A stretch of 64,000 bases of DNA from Balanoglossus misakiensis. Lineage: Eukaryota; Animalia; Hemichordata. Shown in pieces: positions 12,621-25,547 of the stretch; position 1 is the stretch's first letter, and the number at the start of each line of letters is the position of its first letter. The notes under the pieces are model-generated. The model saw only the letters and a program-made list of their open reading frames with translations, was not told where the DNA came from and did no database searches. Location: NCBI GenBank assembly GCA_040954595.2, contig CM082584.2:12561166-12625165 (forward strand), given 5' to 3'. A program made the position numbers and the translations under genes.

Positions 12621-15448
12621 TGCCCGTGCACTTTGAGGACAAATGTATCGTTTCTCACATGATTATATTAGGTGTTGCCAGAAAGCCCATCTACATTAGT
12701 CGTGAACGTTGCACAGAGATCAGAAGTAAATTCAATGGGGGAGAGAAATTGTGTTGTCATCGTGCTCATGTTTGAGATTAATTTCATGAAATCTGCCAAA
12801 AAACATTCAACTATTGTAGAATTACTTAACATCGAACTTGAAAGTATGTTGCTGGAAAACCATCTGGGCTCAGTCAGCAAAATTTGAATTTGCAAATCTG
12901 TGTATATACCATATATGGGCATGTGTAAATTAGACGCAGTGTAAAAGAAGAATCAAATTACTTACTTCGGATATTGGAAGCCGGAGGAGATAATATCTTC
13001 TCCTTTCCCCGCAATTGGATCCGTCGCATTGAACATGGGTGACTCGGCAGAATTTGCATGTGCAACAGTCATTTTATTAACGAAACATTAATGAAAACAT
13101 TAACCTAGCATCTGGTAAGAAGTTTTTTCTTGAATGTTCTTGTCATCTTCTGAAAAGATAAACTAATGAACAGTTAGATATCTATCATTTATCTATTTTT
13201 ATCTAACCAGTGTAGATATAGATAAATATATTACTCTTTCACTTATTAGGGTACCTTAAGTTATTTTATGTGTGCTATCTTCTTGTACATTTTACCACGA
13301 CATGATGAAATTATTGTGGATGTTTATACTTGTATACATATATTTCCTCTAATATCTATGTATCCACTGTCCTGCGTCGAATTAAATCTTCGCGTTATTT
13401 CCAGTTTTCACAATGGAAGACCCAAAGCGTTCCAAGACCACACGTGTATATATCCGCCATCAGTTTCCCAGCAAGTGAAAAAAAAAGATATCTTTGAGTC
13501 AAACGCGCAGACATACAACTGCTATTCGTAGTTGATATGTTTCATCGATTTTAATGAATCTTTACCCATAGGCATATGTGGATTGTGCTCTCGCTGACAG
13601 CAAAACGGCGACTGAAAATGAAAACTACATCTCAACTCAAATCCAAAATATGACTTTGAATGTTTCATAGAATTTCATATTTTGTATTTTCACGTTTCCA
13701 TGTTTGTATTTAGTGAAGTTATAAATAAATAAAAAATATCCATAACAAATTATGCAGAGTAAAGTTCATTTTCATCCCTGTACTGATTAAACTGTTGCCG
13801 GCCGGGTTAATTGTGGAGCGATGTACCGGGCAAGTGGTTTTCCGGCGCAGCTATTTGAGGTTTTTTTAAGCCATTTCAAAAATCAGCATTGTCACAAGAT
13901 ATGATACAAGGGATGATACTGGGCAGTACCAGGTAGCTTTTCCCTCAGACCATGTGACTGGGTTCTTTTGTGCTGGGGACCTCTTACTACGGGAATCGTA
14001 AAACTCAGAAACTTTATTACGTTTATGCATAGACTATTTATTCAACTTGCAGAATTGTATCGATGGATCCAATGAATTGTACAGGGACAGCCACTATAGA
14101 CAAAATACAAGTGGACTGTATGCACAGTAAAGAAATATTACACAAAACACAACCACAAAGACATGAAACGGTACAAACAGGGGTTTGCCCTACCCTTGCT
14201 CAGAAAGATTGTTGAGTTCAGTAGTTGTTGTTTTTTTCACTCATACACATTCATTTGTGCGGCGAAAGGTCTTTCGTTTTTTTTTCATGTTCATCGTTCC
14301 ACGTGTTGGTGGCGCCCTCAATCACTTGATATGGCACACGTTTATTATCTTGTCGTTCGTACTACACACATCCTTCAAAAAAGTACAACCATACGAAGAA
14401 AATTCAAAAGGACAATCATTAAAGGTGCAGCGCATGCACCTCTAATAAGACAAAAAATAACCATGAAATTGTAACATGTTTTCAACACCATTTTCTGAAC
14501 AGCTTTTTAGTCCTCATCACGTAGTTCCGCAAGACATCTTCCAATTTATGTCCACGTTCTTATCTTCTAAATACAGTTCTGGGTATGTGATTCTGTTTTG
14601 CACATGTTACCAAGAACACCCCTTGCGGTACAGCAAGTGGTAACAATTAGTGTGGATTGCATGTCATTGTTGTAATCACGCTCAGGTTTGGCACGGTTTG
14701 TTTAGTCTGACGCGGTTTTCTTTTAAAGAGAAGCAAAATCTTGCGCGCCTTGGGGTTGAACTAGCGTAGTCATACTGCTAACAAGACGATATCAAAGTCG
14801 TTTGAATCATACAGCATAGTACTGAGTATTGAGCCACTACCCACCATTTCCATTTATTCAATAGAACAATATAACACTATTAGAATAACTACCGTTTCTA
14901 AGCAACATGTTCACATCACACCGCAATAACAAGAAATACAATGGTTGCTGGTACAACAGCAAGCAGCGAAACGTTTGTAAATGTCTTCATATTCATATTC
15001 TCGAGATCTCAATTCGTGCAGATTTTATAGCCAGGACCACAATCATAGTGTTTTGACATTATTTGTGAACGCAGCCTTATAACATTCCGAACGATGGTGG
15101 CGCCTTGTCGCTGTTTACTTGCCACGCCGTCAAGCGATGGATTTGCTAAAATGGAGAATGGGTGATGGCGGTGTGTTGACTTGCAGCAAGCCCTAATTTG
15201 CATAACACTAGATATTTTGCTGTCCAACCAGCATAATCGCAAGGACAACGTTCAGCCTAACAATTGTCCTTTTTTGACAAGACATCGCATCACCGACATT
15301 CGCAATGCATTTTGGGAACTACATGTACATTTCTTTTGTGGAATCTACTTTAAAAAGTCTCGTGCAAATATTTCGTTCATATTGGCTTCGGTAAGCCCAG
15401 CCTGCAAACTCATACCTGTATCTGAGACGTCCACAAACGATATACACC

Positions 15449-16438
15449 ATGAACGAAACCGCCAGCCAAAATGCGTCGTTGTCTCAAAGTTCGCCGAAGT
15501 TGCCGATGTCACCCGAATGGGCCACAATGTTTTCTGGATCCGTAGAAGTGATTCTGTCCGTGACTGCCATTTTTGGAAACATGCTGTTCGTGCTAGCCTT
15601 CTGTTTCCACAAGAAACTGAGAACGATAACAAACACAATGCTGTTAAATCTTTGCATGACTGATTTGATCTCGACAATACTTGCATCATCGCCGACGATC
15701 GATTCATATTTTCGCCGGGGCTGGAGTTTCAGTTTCAACTTCTGTGCCGTCCACAATGCACTTCACCCGATCCTCCTTCAGATTTCGCTCTGGCTGACAT
15801 CCTGCATCGCCATCAACCGTTACATATGCATCGTGCACCACGGAAAGTACCGCCTGCTATGCAACAAAGTGGCGACGTCGCTGGCCGTTGCATTTTGCTG
15901 GGGTTTCCCGTGCACCGTCAACGCTTACTTGTACAGTAAGCCGAATTCAGTGATGTACGTACCGAGTCTGTTCGGCTGCTTTGCATCTATCAACAAACAG
16001 GTGTTCGCTGCCGTCGTTATCATCCCGTGCCTGATCACCGTCTTGTGCTACGTGATCATTTTCCTGTTCATACGCCGCAGTAGAATGCGCATCCAGGCTC
16101 ACGGTGCCGGCGAACCAGCTTCGAGTAACAGCAAGACCCCGAGCATGCAGGAAATCCGCACCTTGAAAGTCTTGATGTTCGTGTTCCTGTTGATTGTATT
16201 CGGGTACCTGCCACTGCCACTGACGGTTAGCATCTTGCAGGTACTGGGGAAGCCGCCAACACCGACGCTGTTGACGCTAATCTATCCCTTCGTTCACGTC
16301 GCCGGTTCCGTCAACCCAGTCCTGTATGGCATGAGTAACAAAGGCGTCAAGAACTCGTACAAGGCGCTTCTGAATGGCAAGACGTTCTTCGGCAAGACGT
16401 GTTGCACACACGAACAGGAAAACTCCTCGTCATCTTAA
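15449..16438 (+). CDS. Intronless class A GPCR, tandem paralog of the 11559-12620 receptor, 329 aa
   Basis: accATG start; NET/NAS sequons; motifs GN, LCMTD, DSYFRRGW, C-AVHN, AINRY, RRSR, QEIRTLK, GYLP and NPVLYG are collinear with the first receptor. Confidence 0.93.
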   Translation: MNETASQNASLSQSSPKLPMSPEWATMFSGSVEVILSVTAIFGNMLFVLAFCFHKKLRTITNTMLLNLCMTDLISTILASSPTIDSYFRRGWSFSFNFCAVHNALHPILLQISLWLTSCIAINRYICIVHHGKYRLLCNKVATSLAVAFCWGFPCTVNAYLYSKPNSVMYVPSLFGCFASINKQVFAAVVIIPCLITVLCYVIIFLFIRRSRMRIQAHGAGEPASSNSKTPSMQEIRTLKVLMFVFLLIVFGYLPLPLTVSILQVLGKPPTPTLLTLIYPFVHVAGSVNPVLYGMSNKGVKNSYKALLNGKTFFGKTCCTHEQENSSSS

Positions 16439-16511
16439 AGCACTTTGAAGTTGGACAGTATCTTGACTGTATAACCCGCGCCGTATCGTTCAAAATTAGC
16501 ACTTGGTTTTA

Positions 16512-16611
16512 GCGTCAAGAACTCGTACAAGACGCTTCTGAATGGCGAGACCTATTTCGACAAAGCATGTTTTCTAAGCGAAAAGGAAAAACCGTCGTTA
16601 CCCTAAAGCAC
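16512..16611 (+). pseudogene. Diverged copy of the last ~100 nt of the GPCR2 coding sequence
   Basis: Aligns without gaps to 16344-16443 (about 22 mismatches in 100 by hand count), including the TAA stop. Confidence 0.8.
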
Positions 16612-16644
16612 ATTCAAACAACAACCCCTCGCCATGGGCAGACA

Positions 16645-16713
16645 TAAAGCACAATTAATGAAATATATCCATGAGCCGCAGGCGAATGCATATATGAAGT
16701 GAATTGTGCTTTA
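16645..16713. repeat. 69-nt inverted repeat/hairpin
   Basis: Perfect outer arms TAAAGCACAATT...AATTGTGCTTTA, inner arms atatatccat/atgcatatat, loop gagccgcaggcga. Confidence 0.75.
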
Positions 16714-17299
16714 CTAAAAATCCAACACGACACTGTATTTGTGGCACTGTTCTTGTAAATCCCGCGACATGTATGACGTTCACAAAAGCATTGACTTACG
16801 TTTCACCTGCAATCACATTCTCCAGTAATGGGCAATTATGACTTGGAAACGTCAATAACGACGTACTGAGCGGTAAGAAACCACTAATTTTGGTAGTCTT
16901 TGACGGCTGGCTTTTGTTTGAACATTCTTTCGTATATTACTCTGTTTTGTAATTTTATATCAAACATTCAACTTATTTATCAAGAAGCTATTCTAAGTGA
17001 TATATTTCTACACCATCACTGATTAATTTATATACATATTGCTAATATATTCCCTGTATATCGGAAGTGTAGTTCATGTACTATTATGTTTTACCTACTG
17101 TTGCTGATGTTGATTATTATGCACGTTTATGTACATGTATTTGACCAAAATTCACGTGTATAACAATATCAGATATTAAAATGTAAGAATAATATTTTAC
17201 TCGATTGAACTTCATACTCTGTCATTCCTTCAACAATACTGAGAAATAGCAAGCAAATAACGGTGTCTTCATCGAGGTCATGCGAAGAAAGATTTCGAA

Positions 17300-17645
17300 A
17301 ACTTGAACAATCATAAAAAAGCCTGGCCTAGTTATATTACCACTGGTGAAGGCGTGAAGTAAAGCCGTAATTTTTCCATGGCCACCGTCTGCAGCACCAA
17401 ATGAGAATACGAACTTGGGGGGTCTGCGTGCAAAAACTCCCATGGGAGAGCAATACCGTCTCAAATTTGATATTCAAAATGGCCGCCCGGCTCTGCGTTA
17501 ACGCCATAGAGAAAATATCCATTTGTGATTTTCATAAAAACAAGACTGTGACTCCCCAAACACTTTAATTTAGCAAAGAACTGAAACGGTTGGAGGACAA
17601 TTTTTTCCTGAAAATCTGTCCCTGAGGAGGCGCAGACTATCTGAA
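17300..17645. mobile_element. Degenerate non-autonomous DNA-transposon/MITE-like interspersed repeat
   Basis: The stretch aaatttgatattcaaaatggccgcc...gttaac...atctgtccctgagg resembles, from memory only, a common marine-invertebrate repeat. Boundaries are approximate and no TIRs or TSD were established. Confidence 0.4.
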
Positions 17646-19331
17646 GTTGGCCCAATCGGTGCGGCCCCTCAGGTTAACGGAATAAACAACGGGATGGGTA
17701 TAGAGTAATGCTTGTCAAATGAAGGTTGATGTCCGCTGTTAACAAGCAGTGCTATACTGATGAAGCGTGTATAAGTCAGCGAATATCGATATAGTACTAA
17801 ATGTTGCATTATGGAGTCGAAGTGTTTCGCTTGCTTCATTTTCATACCCATATATCTTTCATAAAAGAGAACCCCGAAACCGCAATGCGCCTCACCAGAA
17901 ATACTGGATTGCATGGGGAAAACATGATCATTGTCCTTGAAAATCGATTATTTGGGAGTCGGTGTTGTATAACTATTGTTAGCAAATAATCGGCTAAATA
18001 AATGAGAAGCATATATCGACTGAAAATTAGAGATGATTTGGCCAATGCAGAACCTAATTTTTTTTCCTTTGAAGCTTTCAAAACGGGTTAGAGGAACGTG
18101 GAACAATGGAACCAAGCGCACGTCTTCTCACTGAGACATGTTTCCCATAATGTGTCTTGGTATGAAACAAGCTAATTTATCCAAAGAGTGATATTTGCCT
18201 ATAGGCTCTGTAATGCAATAAACCTAACTCGAACGCCTCAGTTTTCCAGGAATCGACAGAATCTCGGTTTATACAGAACACCATGACCTATCTGGGCATG
18301 ATGTGTGCCGCGCAGAAGTTATTTCACGGAGTAACGCATATTCTATGGCAGTACAGCAGACAAGCGAATATTTATGAGTAAAGGAATTACTAATAAAGGA
18401 TACAATCATGCATCACATCGGCCATCAGTTTTCTCCAGCCAATTTCAGTACGGAAAGACACAAACTAGTCACATGGTCATCATCAGGGGAGACCGCATGG
18501 TGGCGCTGTTCAACAATGGGGCGCCATTTTCGTCAAACACGTGACCGAAAATCGGAGTCACCAGTTAACCACGTGATCAGCAAGATGGCGCAGGCCCGAT
18601 GATTTCAGACAGTATGGTTGCCTTGGCTTATGACAAGAAGTATTTTTCTTAGTCATCTTCGCAAATGCATATTCAGTTGGGCAAACCAACTCCAACTTCG
18701 AAAAGTCCCCCAGATTTTATCTGCAAGGACTAACATATGGAGTACAAGTGGTGGAGTCTTTCATCACTGAAACTTTACTGAAAATAGCACCATTGTAACA
18801 GAACTGAATGTAATCAAATGAACTAATTAAATAACCATTGACACATACATTAAACGTAACATTAACCAGCTAAGAAGCAACGGGTATGCTGAAGAGAAAG
18901 CCAAGTTTGGTTCTAGCACACATGTGAATTCTTCTTGTGAACTAAGGACAAACCAAAACTAGACCTAACCTTAGAACTTACAACCACCATGGCAAATTGA
19001 AAATAAAACCATCTCAAAAGTTGCATAAATGACATGACATAAGTCACCCAGACATCATTGTGCATTGATGCTGAGTTACTGATCATAAAAAAGACTTTTA
19101 TTTTTTTCTGCCTGCTTTTACAAATTTCACTCAAGGCACTCTATTGATTCGTGTGCGTGGTTCAATGTAGGGACTTGTAACCAAAGGGTTACTATGAGAC
19201 TGGTACATGGGACTTATAACTTGTAGAAATCCAGTCTCCTGTTGTATTTTATTGCTTGTTTTAATTTCAGCTTTTGTTGTCGATTTGCACACACACAGAC
19301 ACATCCATAAAGTGACTTCAAATCTTGATGG

Positions 19332-22300
19332 CTATAGTGTTATTGCAACAAAATGAACTGGGTCCACAAGTTTCTTGAGTGACTGACCTGCGGAGAAATG
19401 AAAAAAAAAATATTCAAAATAAGAAAGCAAATACATCATGCACTGATGAGGTTCTTGAGTCAATTATCAGCATCTTCAGAAGGTTCAGATAAAAAGTCAT
19501 TTTCTGATAAGCTAACACTGGGCTTACAATTAGCCTAGGGTAACTAAGAATTCAACTTACGTTTCCACACAGCCTCATTAGTCAAGACATGGACACTTCT
19601 GACAAATCCTTGGGGAGTTGACCAATCACGCTGTATCTTCTGACACAGATACCTGCCTGGATTCCATTGGTTGCTGAATGTGAAAATATGAAAAAAGTAC
19701 ATGAAAAAAATATCTTGACAAATACAGGCAGAACTTAACCCCATCTCCTTGGAGATTTCCAGCAGTCTAAGATTACAAGAAGTTTTCGGGATAGAAAATA
19801 CACCTGGCGTTCATTTTCTGAAGAATTGGTTGCAATAAATCACTTCTGTGTCAGTTACTTACCATAGTTGAGCCTGGTCAAACTCTTTCAAGTCTTCAAC
19901 TTCAAGTGTCTCATAAAGTCCTAGAAATGTACAAATTAAAAAAACAATCATCAAGAGACCACATACTGACTTTACCAGGCAATTCACTGATTCCTCCAAT
20001 CCATGAATGAAAATATTGGAACACTGACATGAAATTCTCATGCTACTTACCTGTTTTTAAGTTCCAAGTAAACTTGAATCCTGTCTGGAATAACCTGGGT
20101 GTCTCGCTGTAAATAAATTGAAATGTTGTGTCATGACTCTGATATTTTTCTAAGCATATACTGTAATGCAGCTGCTACGTTTGGGTATTTTTGACATGTG
20201 AATGAAGGTAGGAGCTGATTGAGTCGTTGAGTGCCTGATAGACTTCTTGATTGATTGATTGGTTGATTGATGATTGATGAATGAATAAGCATAACTATGA
20301 CTGATCAAAGACAAGATTAATATATGACCAACTGTACGTACTCTTCACACTCAAAGTCCAAACTCCAAGGGTCGTACTCCGGCTTGGCTCTGACCAATGT
20401 CAGGATCATGACCAGCACATTGCAGGAATCTGGACACACCTGAAGACAAATACCAGACACAGTAAATACATAATTTTCCACTCATTGCGAGATCTTGTGA
20501 GACTTGGTTAAATAACATAGCATTGGGTTGCTACCAACGTAGGTTGCTACCAAAGTAATACAAGTCAAACTTTATATGGAACTAGACAAGATGCAGAGTT
20601 TATCAAACTTTGTAACTTCTGCGCTGTTCAACACGGTGCTGTTTGTCCTGTGACGCATGAGAATATTTTCCCATAAAATCTTTCCTTGCCATGTGAGATA
20701 CCACAGGGTCTAATGGAGTATAGAAAATGATCTATTGATTTCCCATTCCTTCCTTTGCAGTATAAGAAAGATATTTACACTGGAGGTTACACAGCTTATG
20801 CACCCTTCATTCGCTGAAGCAATATCTCTGATTACCTCGCGTAGTCTCCGGGTGTTTTGCAGTATGCCCTCACAATCTGCTGAATTGAAATTTCATTTCC
20901 CAAAGTGCAGTCTTCAAGGCTGGGAAGTGATAAAGTTCAGAACGTCTTGGCATTTTGCAAAACACCTGGAGACTTACCTGGGTAATCAGCAATATTGGTG
21001 AGGGAATAAACGGTGTTCACTTTTGTAGCTGCAGGAAACTTTACTCGAACATTTTTTTAAATGTAACTCTTTGAACCTAATGTAAAAACTTTCAAATAAT
21101 ACCACAGGTTGTAGCTGTTCGGAGTGCAAAGCTTTGAAAGTTTTACTTGCGTCTACACAGAACTGAACTCCACTCATCCAAACAAACCCACTGCACAGGA
21201 GAAACTGCTTTACCAGAACATTGAGCGTACCACAACTTTGCTCAGTACATGTATGTTATGCACATGTGTACTTACATCTAAGATTTGCATATCATAGTCG
21301 GTGAAATCTAAATATCGATCTTGCCACTTGGCATGAGATTTGACAGCTTCACTGATGTACTGTTCTGCATCCATGGTGAGCTGTTTAACTTCAACGTAAG
21401 TACCCTGTAAAATGAAAAGGGAAAACAAGATTGAGCGAGCAATAAATTTGATAACTGGATCCACCAATGATCACAATTCCACAGCTAATAACTGCAAATA
21501 CTAGAATTAAGTCTATTTTTCCTAAAACGAAAGAAGACTTTATATACACACATACATATAGACATAAGACTCCTCGCATACCTGTGTCTCTGGACTTCTT
21601 CTTGTTCTTGTCAGCAGGGAATAACCGGCACCATGCACTTCTAAGGGTAACATACTGTGGAACTCATCTGTTGGGGAAAGGAGAGAATATTTTTATGCTT
21701 TTATGCTTTGCAATTCACTCATTTGAGAACAAAACATTTCATTTAAGGTTTGGATTTTCAAAAACTCATTCTGGGGGGCTAAAATCTGATAAACTCCTCC
21801 ATACCTTCAATATCAAGAGGTGAGTCTGTATCTGGTGGCCTCTCAATGTATCGTCTGACTGAATAATTAAAACCTCTCTGTTGACAGTTGCATATATCCA
21901 GATCAGTGACACTGTTAATGTTCCAAGACAGATTGATCTTACTGGCACCATGGATGGGACAGCTCTGATCAATTTCACAGCCGATCTTGTCACTGTCTTC
22001 TAGACACGCTCCGTACAGCGGAACCTGCATGAGGTCAACCCTGGCAGAACTTGCAAGGGTCCCCGCTCTGCAACTGGGGGAGTGTCTGCAAGGGTATGAG
22101 GGCGAATCTCTTGCCAGGTCAGGTGACCCCCAATCAAATCTTCCCAGCGACATTTGCTGCCTGTCACTTCCAGTTTTCTTAACAGACACATTTCCTGATC
22201 TGCTTTCATCGGACGTGTCCCCACTTTTGGAGTCGATGGTCCAATTGACTGGAGACGTCGCTTCCTGCTCGTCATCACTGCACTCTGAGATGTTTGTGAC

Positions 22301-25300
22301 ATCGCTATCTGACATATCAGTTTCGTCATCAGTGCAACAGCTGTCCTGCTGTGTTTTCATGGAGTATTTGAATTCCGGCATTAAACAGGAAAAAAGAGGT
22401 TCACATTCACCTGAGTTGGTTTTGCCTGTCTTTCCGGAAGTGCAAGTGTCTGAGTGACAGGACTCGTTTTGAATATTAAGGACCTGCCTCCTGCCTTTTG
22501 AAGTTACAGTATGGGTCATTTCTCCCACCTTGCTCATTTCGTTATCTCTGGTATGCTGCAGTGTGCTGCTGTCAGCATTCACGTCCTGCGATGACAGGTC
22601 ACAGTTTGTCATCTCAAAATTTTGGCAGTGTGCATCATCGGATGATTCCTGAGAAAGCATCAGTGGAAGACTATCCTCTCGTTGCCTGGCAACCGAAAGT
22701 GGGCTGCCGGACGCCCCGGGAGACGAGCTGTGCATAGATGGGTAAGTAGGGTCGCGTCGCTTGTCAGATTTATCTGGCGTCACCGAGACATTCCCTCTGG
22801 CTGCGGGGCTGCGAATCCCACTGGATGCCTGAGAATCAGTCCTGACTTGGTGGTAAGAACTACCAGCAGTGTCTGAGGTTTCCTGGGTGCAAGGGTAGCT
22901 GCTGTTTATTGCAGTGGAATACAGACTGCTCTGAGAGGACTGATCGGTGGCAGAATTCACTTTGACTCCGAGAGCAATGAGGGAGTACCCAGTGTTTATA
23001 ACGGCCAAGCCGTCCCTCTTGAGACTGAACTTTGGAGCAAAGAGTGGAAACGGTGGAGATAGCTCGTACTTGGTGTGAACGACTAAACCATGTTTTAAAC
23101 ACCGTGGTGGAGGTGGTCTTTGGGTTGAATCTGTCTCAGGCATTTCAGGAAAATTCCACATGTTTTCTTCTGCGCAATTGAAAAAAGAAGACAAATATAA
23201 GAGGGGGGAACTACAAAATGACAAGCACAGAAAGTCATACCAAGTTTGTAAACAAGTGAATTCATTAACTTCACTCCACAAGTAACAAAATTTTAGGAGT
23301 TTTTTGTTCATATTTTACAATATCAATATTTAAGATGTGTACACTTACCATCTCTGTAGAAATTGTTGTTGTTGCGACTTTTCATGGATGTATAAAGGTC
23401 AGCACAATCTTTGCAGGGTGAGATTGGAGGCACAGATGTGATTGTGATATAACACTGTCTTTTTTCGTCGCTAGTTCCTCCATTCGGGCAGCTACAGTAA
23501 CAGAATGCTTCATTTAAGTGATACTGTAGTCCAGCGAAATAGAGTATCCAGCAGTACTTTTGTTTACTATCCTAAGACCCTTGTTAGCCGAAGGGATCTG
23601 CGGTAGGTGCTTGTACTTGTAGGTGCCCGTGCCCGTGAGTACGACAAAACACGCGTGCGAGATAGATGTTATCAAAACTGTTACTTTGTCGCAAACTGAT
23701 GTGATAGCCGTTTGTTTTATGCCGATGCTGCAGAGCAACTGCAACAAGTCTGTGCATGCGAACTTGTGCACAAACGCATTGAATTGGATGGTCATGGCCT
23801 AGTAAAGTGCAAATTTAATAGACTAGCTTGGCATTGTATTTGCACTCACTCTATTGGCTTGGGTGCTCAAAATATCCCCCCCCCCCCCCACCTAAGCATC
23901 TCACACAAAATGACAGGATCATGCGTTTTATACACATACCTTCCATACACAAACACTTTGGTGGGATCTGTAGGCCAGCTGCACACAGCGATGTACAAAT
24001 CATCTTGGATTTCTTCTTCCCCAAACAAGCGTATTTCAGCTACCTGTGAGGGAATTTTCAGATAAACACCATCACTTAGTCACTCTGCATGAATACAGTA
24101 AAATTAACAGGTTTGACACCAACCCTTCTGAAAATGTTTTCATCGGTACATTAGAATTCAGAAAGAGCAACATCCTGATACACTGAATAAAAAAAGAAAC
24201 TTATCAGGGCATACAACGACTATGATTATCTCTTCCTTCCAAGTCTGCAGTATAATTTTTCCCATACAAACCTTGATCATGGGTTCCAAGTAATTGAAGT
24301 GCCACCAGTGAAGTCTGTACACGTAGATCGGTAAGGCTGTGTGTTCGTGTGCTTCGACACGCAATGTGTAGGACAGAGTGAACTGACCATCTTTGGTAAA
24401 GCCCAGGAACACATGCCTGTGGATGGGTGAATGGGTCAGTCAGTATACATTAAGTACAGGTCAAGCTCAGATTCAAACCCTTTCACCCCCATGGTTTGGT
24501 CCAAATCCATTGTTTTCTATTGTAAAGTTGGACACTGAAGATGGACAATACTTGATCTGTTATTGAAAATATCAAACAGCACTGGAATAATCTTTGACCC
24601 TTACCCCTGATCTAGAAGATCGGTCATGTTCACGATATCCTTGAGAGGAATACATAATCTCCCAGGAATCTTCCCAATCACTGATCTGTACTGAGGGAAG
24701 TGATACTTGTAGGGTTGCAGTGAACCGTGCACCTGAGAAAATAACCAATACATGTGACGGATTATTGTTACAATTTACAATGGGCGTACAACTGAACAGA
24801 TGAAAATTGCTGGTAACCAGTGAAAATGACCAGTTGAGACTCAGAATATACTGGCTGTGAAAATATTTCTTCAACACAAAAAGTTCTCAAAACCCTTCCC
24901 TTCTATTCTATCTATCTATCTATCTATCTGTCTGTCTGTCTATTCATTGTTTTAGTTTCTGATATGACCACAATTTCATGAGAGAGAATACTTGCGCATC
25001 ATTTGAGCCCTGACAGTGGTAAGAAAATACCCCGGAAGAAACCATACAAAACCCCAGCAAATTAGAAAACACGGTCTTGGCCCGAGGCTATTTATCACTA
25101 CGTATGCACTTTTCAATTTCAGTAGCAGCTGAGTTTGACACAGAATTGATTTTGGATTACTTTTGATAGAGAACTTGAAAAGCTGCCAAAAGTACACTTT
25201 GTAGCTGGTTCAGAGGGTTGTATTTGAAGAGAAAAGCAAGTAATAATTCTTCACAGGTACGACAGAGGTGCGAAACGCTGCGCCTGGCACACTGAAATGA

Positions 25301-25526
25301 CTATATCAGTCATAATGTACATAATCATAATAAACACTCAACTCTTCGTAGGTTGCCTCACCAAGAAGTTAAACCATTTGAATTCGGAATAATTCATTGG
25401 GAAAATAAATTAGACGGCCACACTTACCTCCCTTATCTGTAACCTATTAATCACATTGTAACTGCACTTGAATTTACGAGACGAAACACCCGTTTTTGAG
25501 TTGCACACGCTCGTAGTTGCCGCCAT
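19332..25526 (-). CDS. DCAF15: DDB1- and CUL4-associated factor 15, 13 exons, ~859 aa
   Basis: Exons 25526-25428, 24732-24605, 24416-24272, 24043-23940, 23491-23349, 23169-21805, 21667-21582, 21404-21276, 20439-20342, 20106-20051, 19920-19863, 19673-19561, 19387-19332; all GT-AG and phase-consistent. Peptides GHVFLGFTKDG..Y.LHWW.FN, RLFGEEEI.DDLYIAVC.WP.D, CKDC...CLKHG..VHTKY...PFP.F.P.F.L and TNEAV...SLK.L match vertebrate DCAF15. Confidence 0.93.
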
Positions 25527-25532
25527 TTTTCT

Positions 25533-25547
25533 TCCCACAATGCAATG
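25533..25547 (+). promoter_or_regulatory. ZNF143/Staf-like site immediately upstream of the DCAF15 ATG
   Basis: TCCCACAATGCAATG fits the Staf/ZNF143 consensus; an identical 15-mer occurs at 33030-33044. Confidence 0.6.

Noticed and set aside
11559-16438. Opsins or true melatonin receptor orthologs
   Set aside because: There is no Lys at TM7 position 7.43 (His instead), and they have NPxxY and GYLP rather than the NAxxY and CWAP of vertebrate melatonin receptors.
21987-22876. Plus-strand ORFs antisense to DCAF15 exon 6 (likewise 42719-43834 opposite the bHLH exon)
   Set aside because: They are shadow frames of real coding exons with no recognisable domains.
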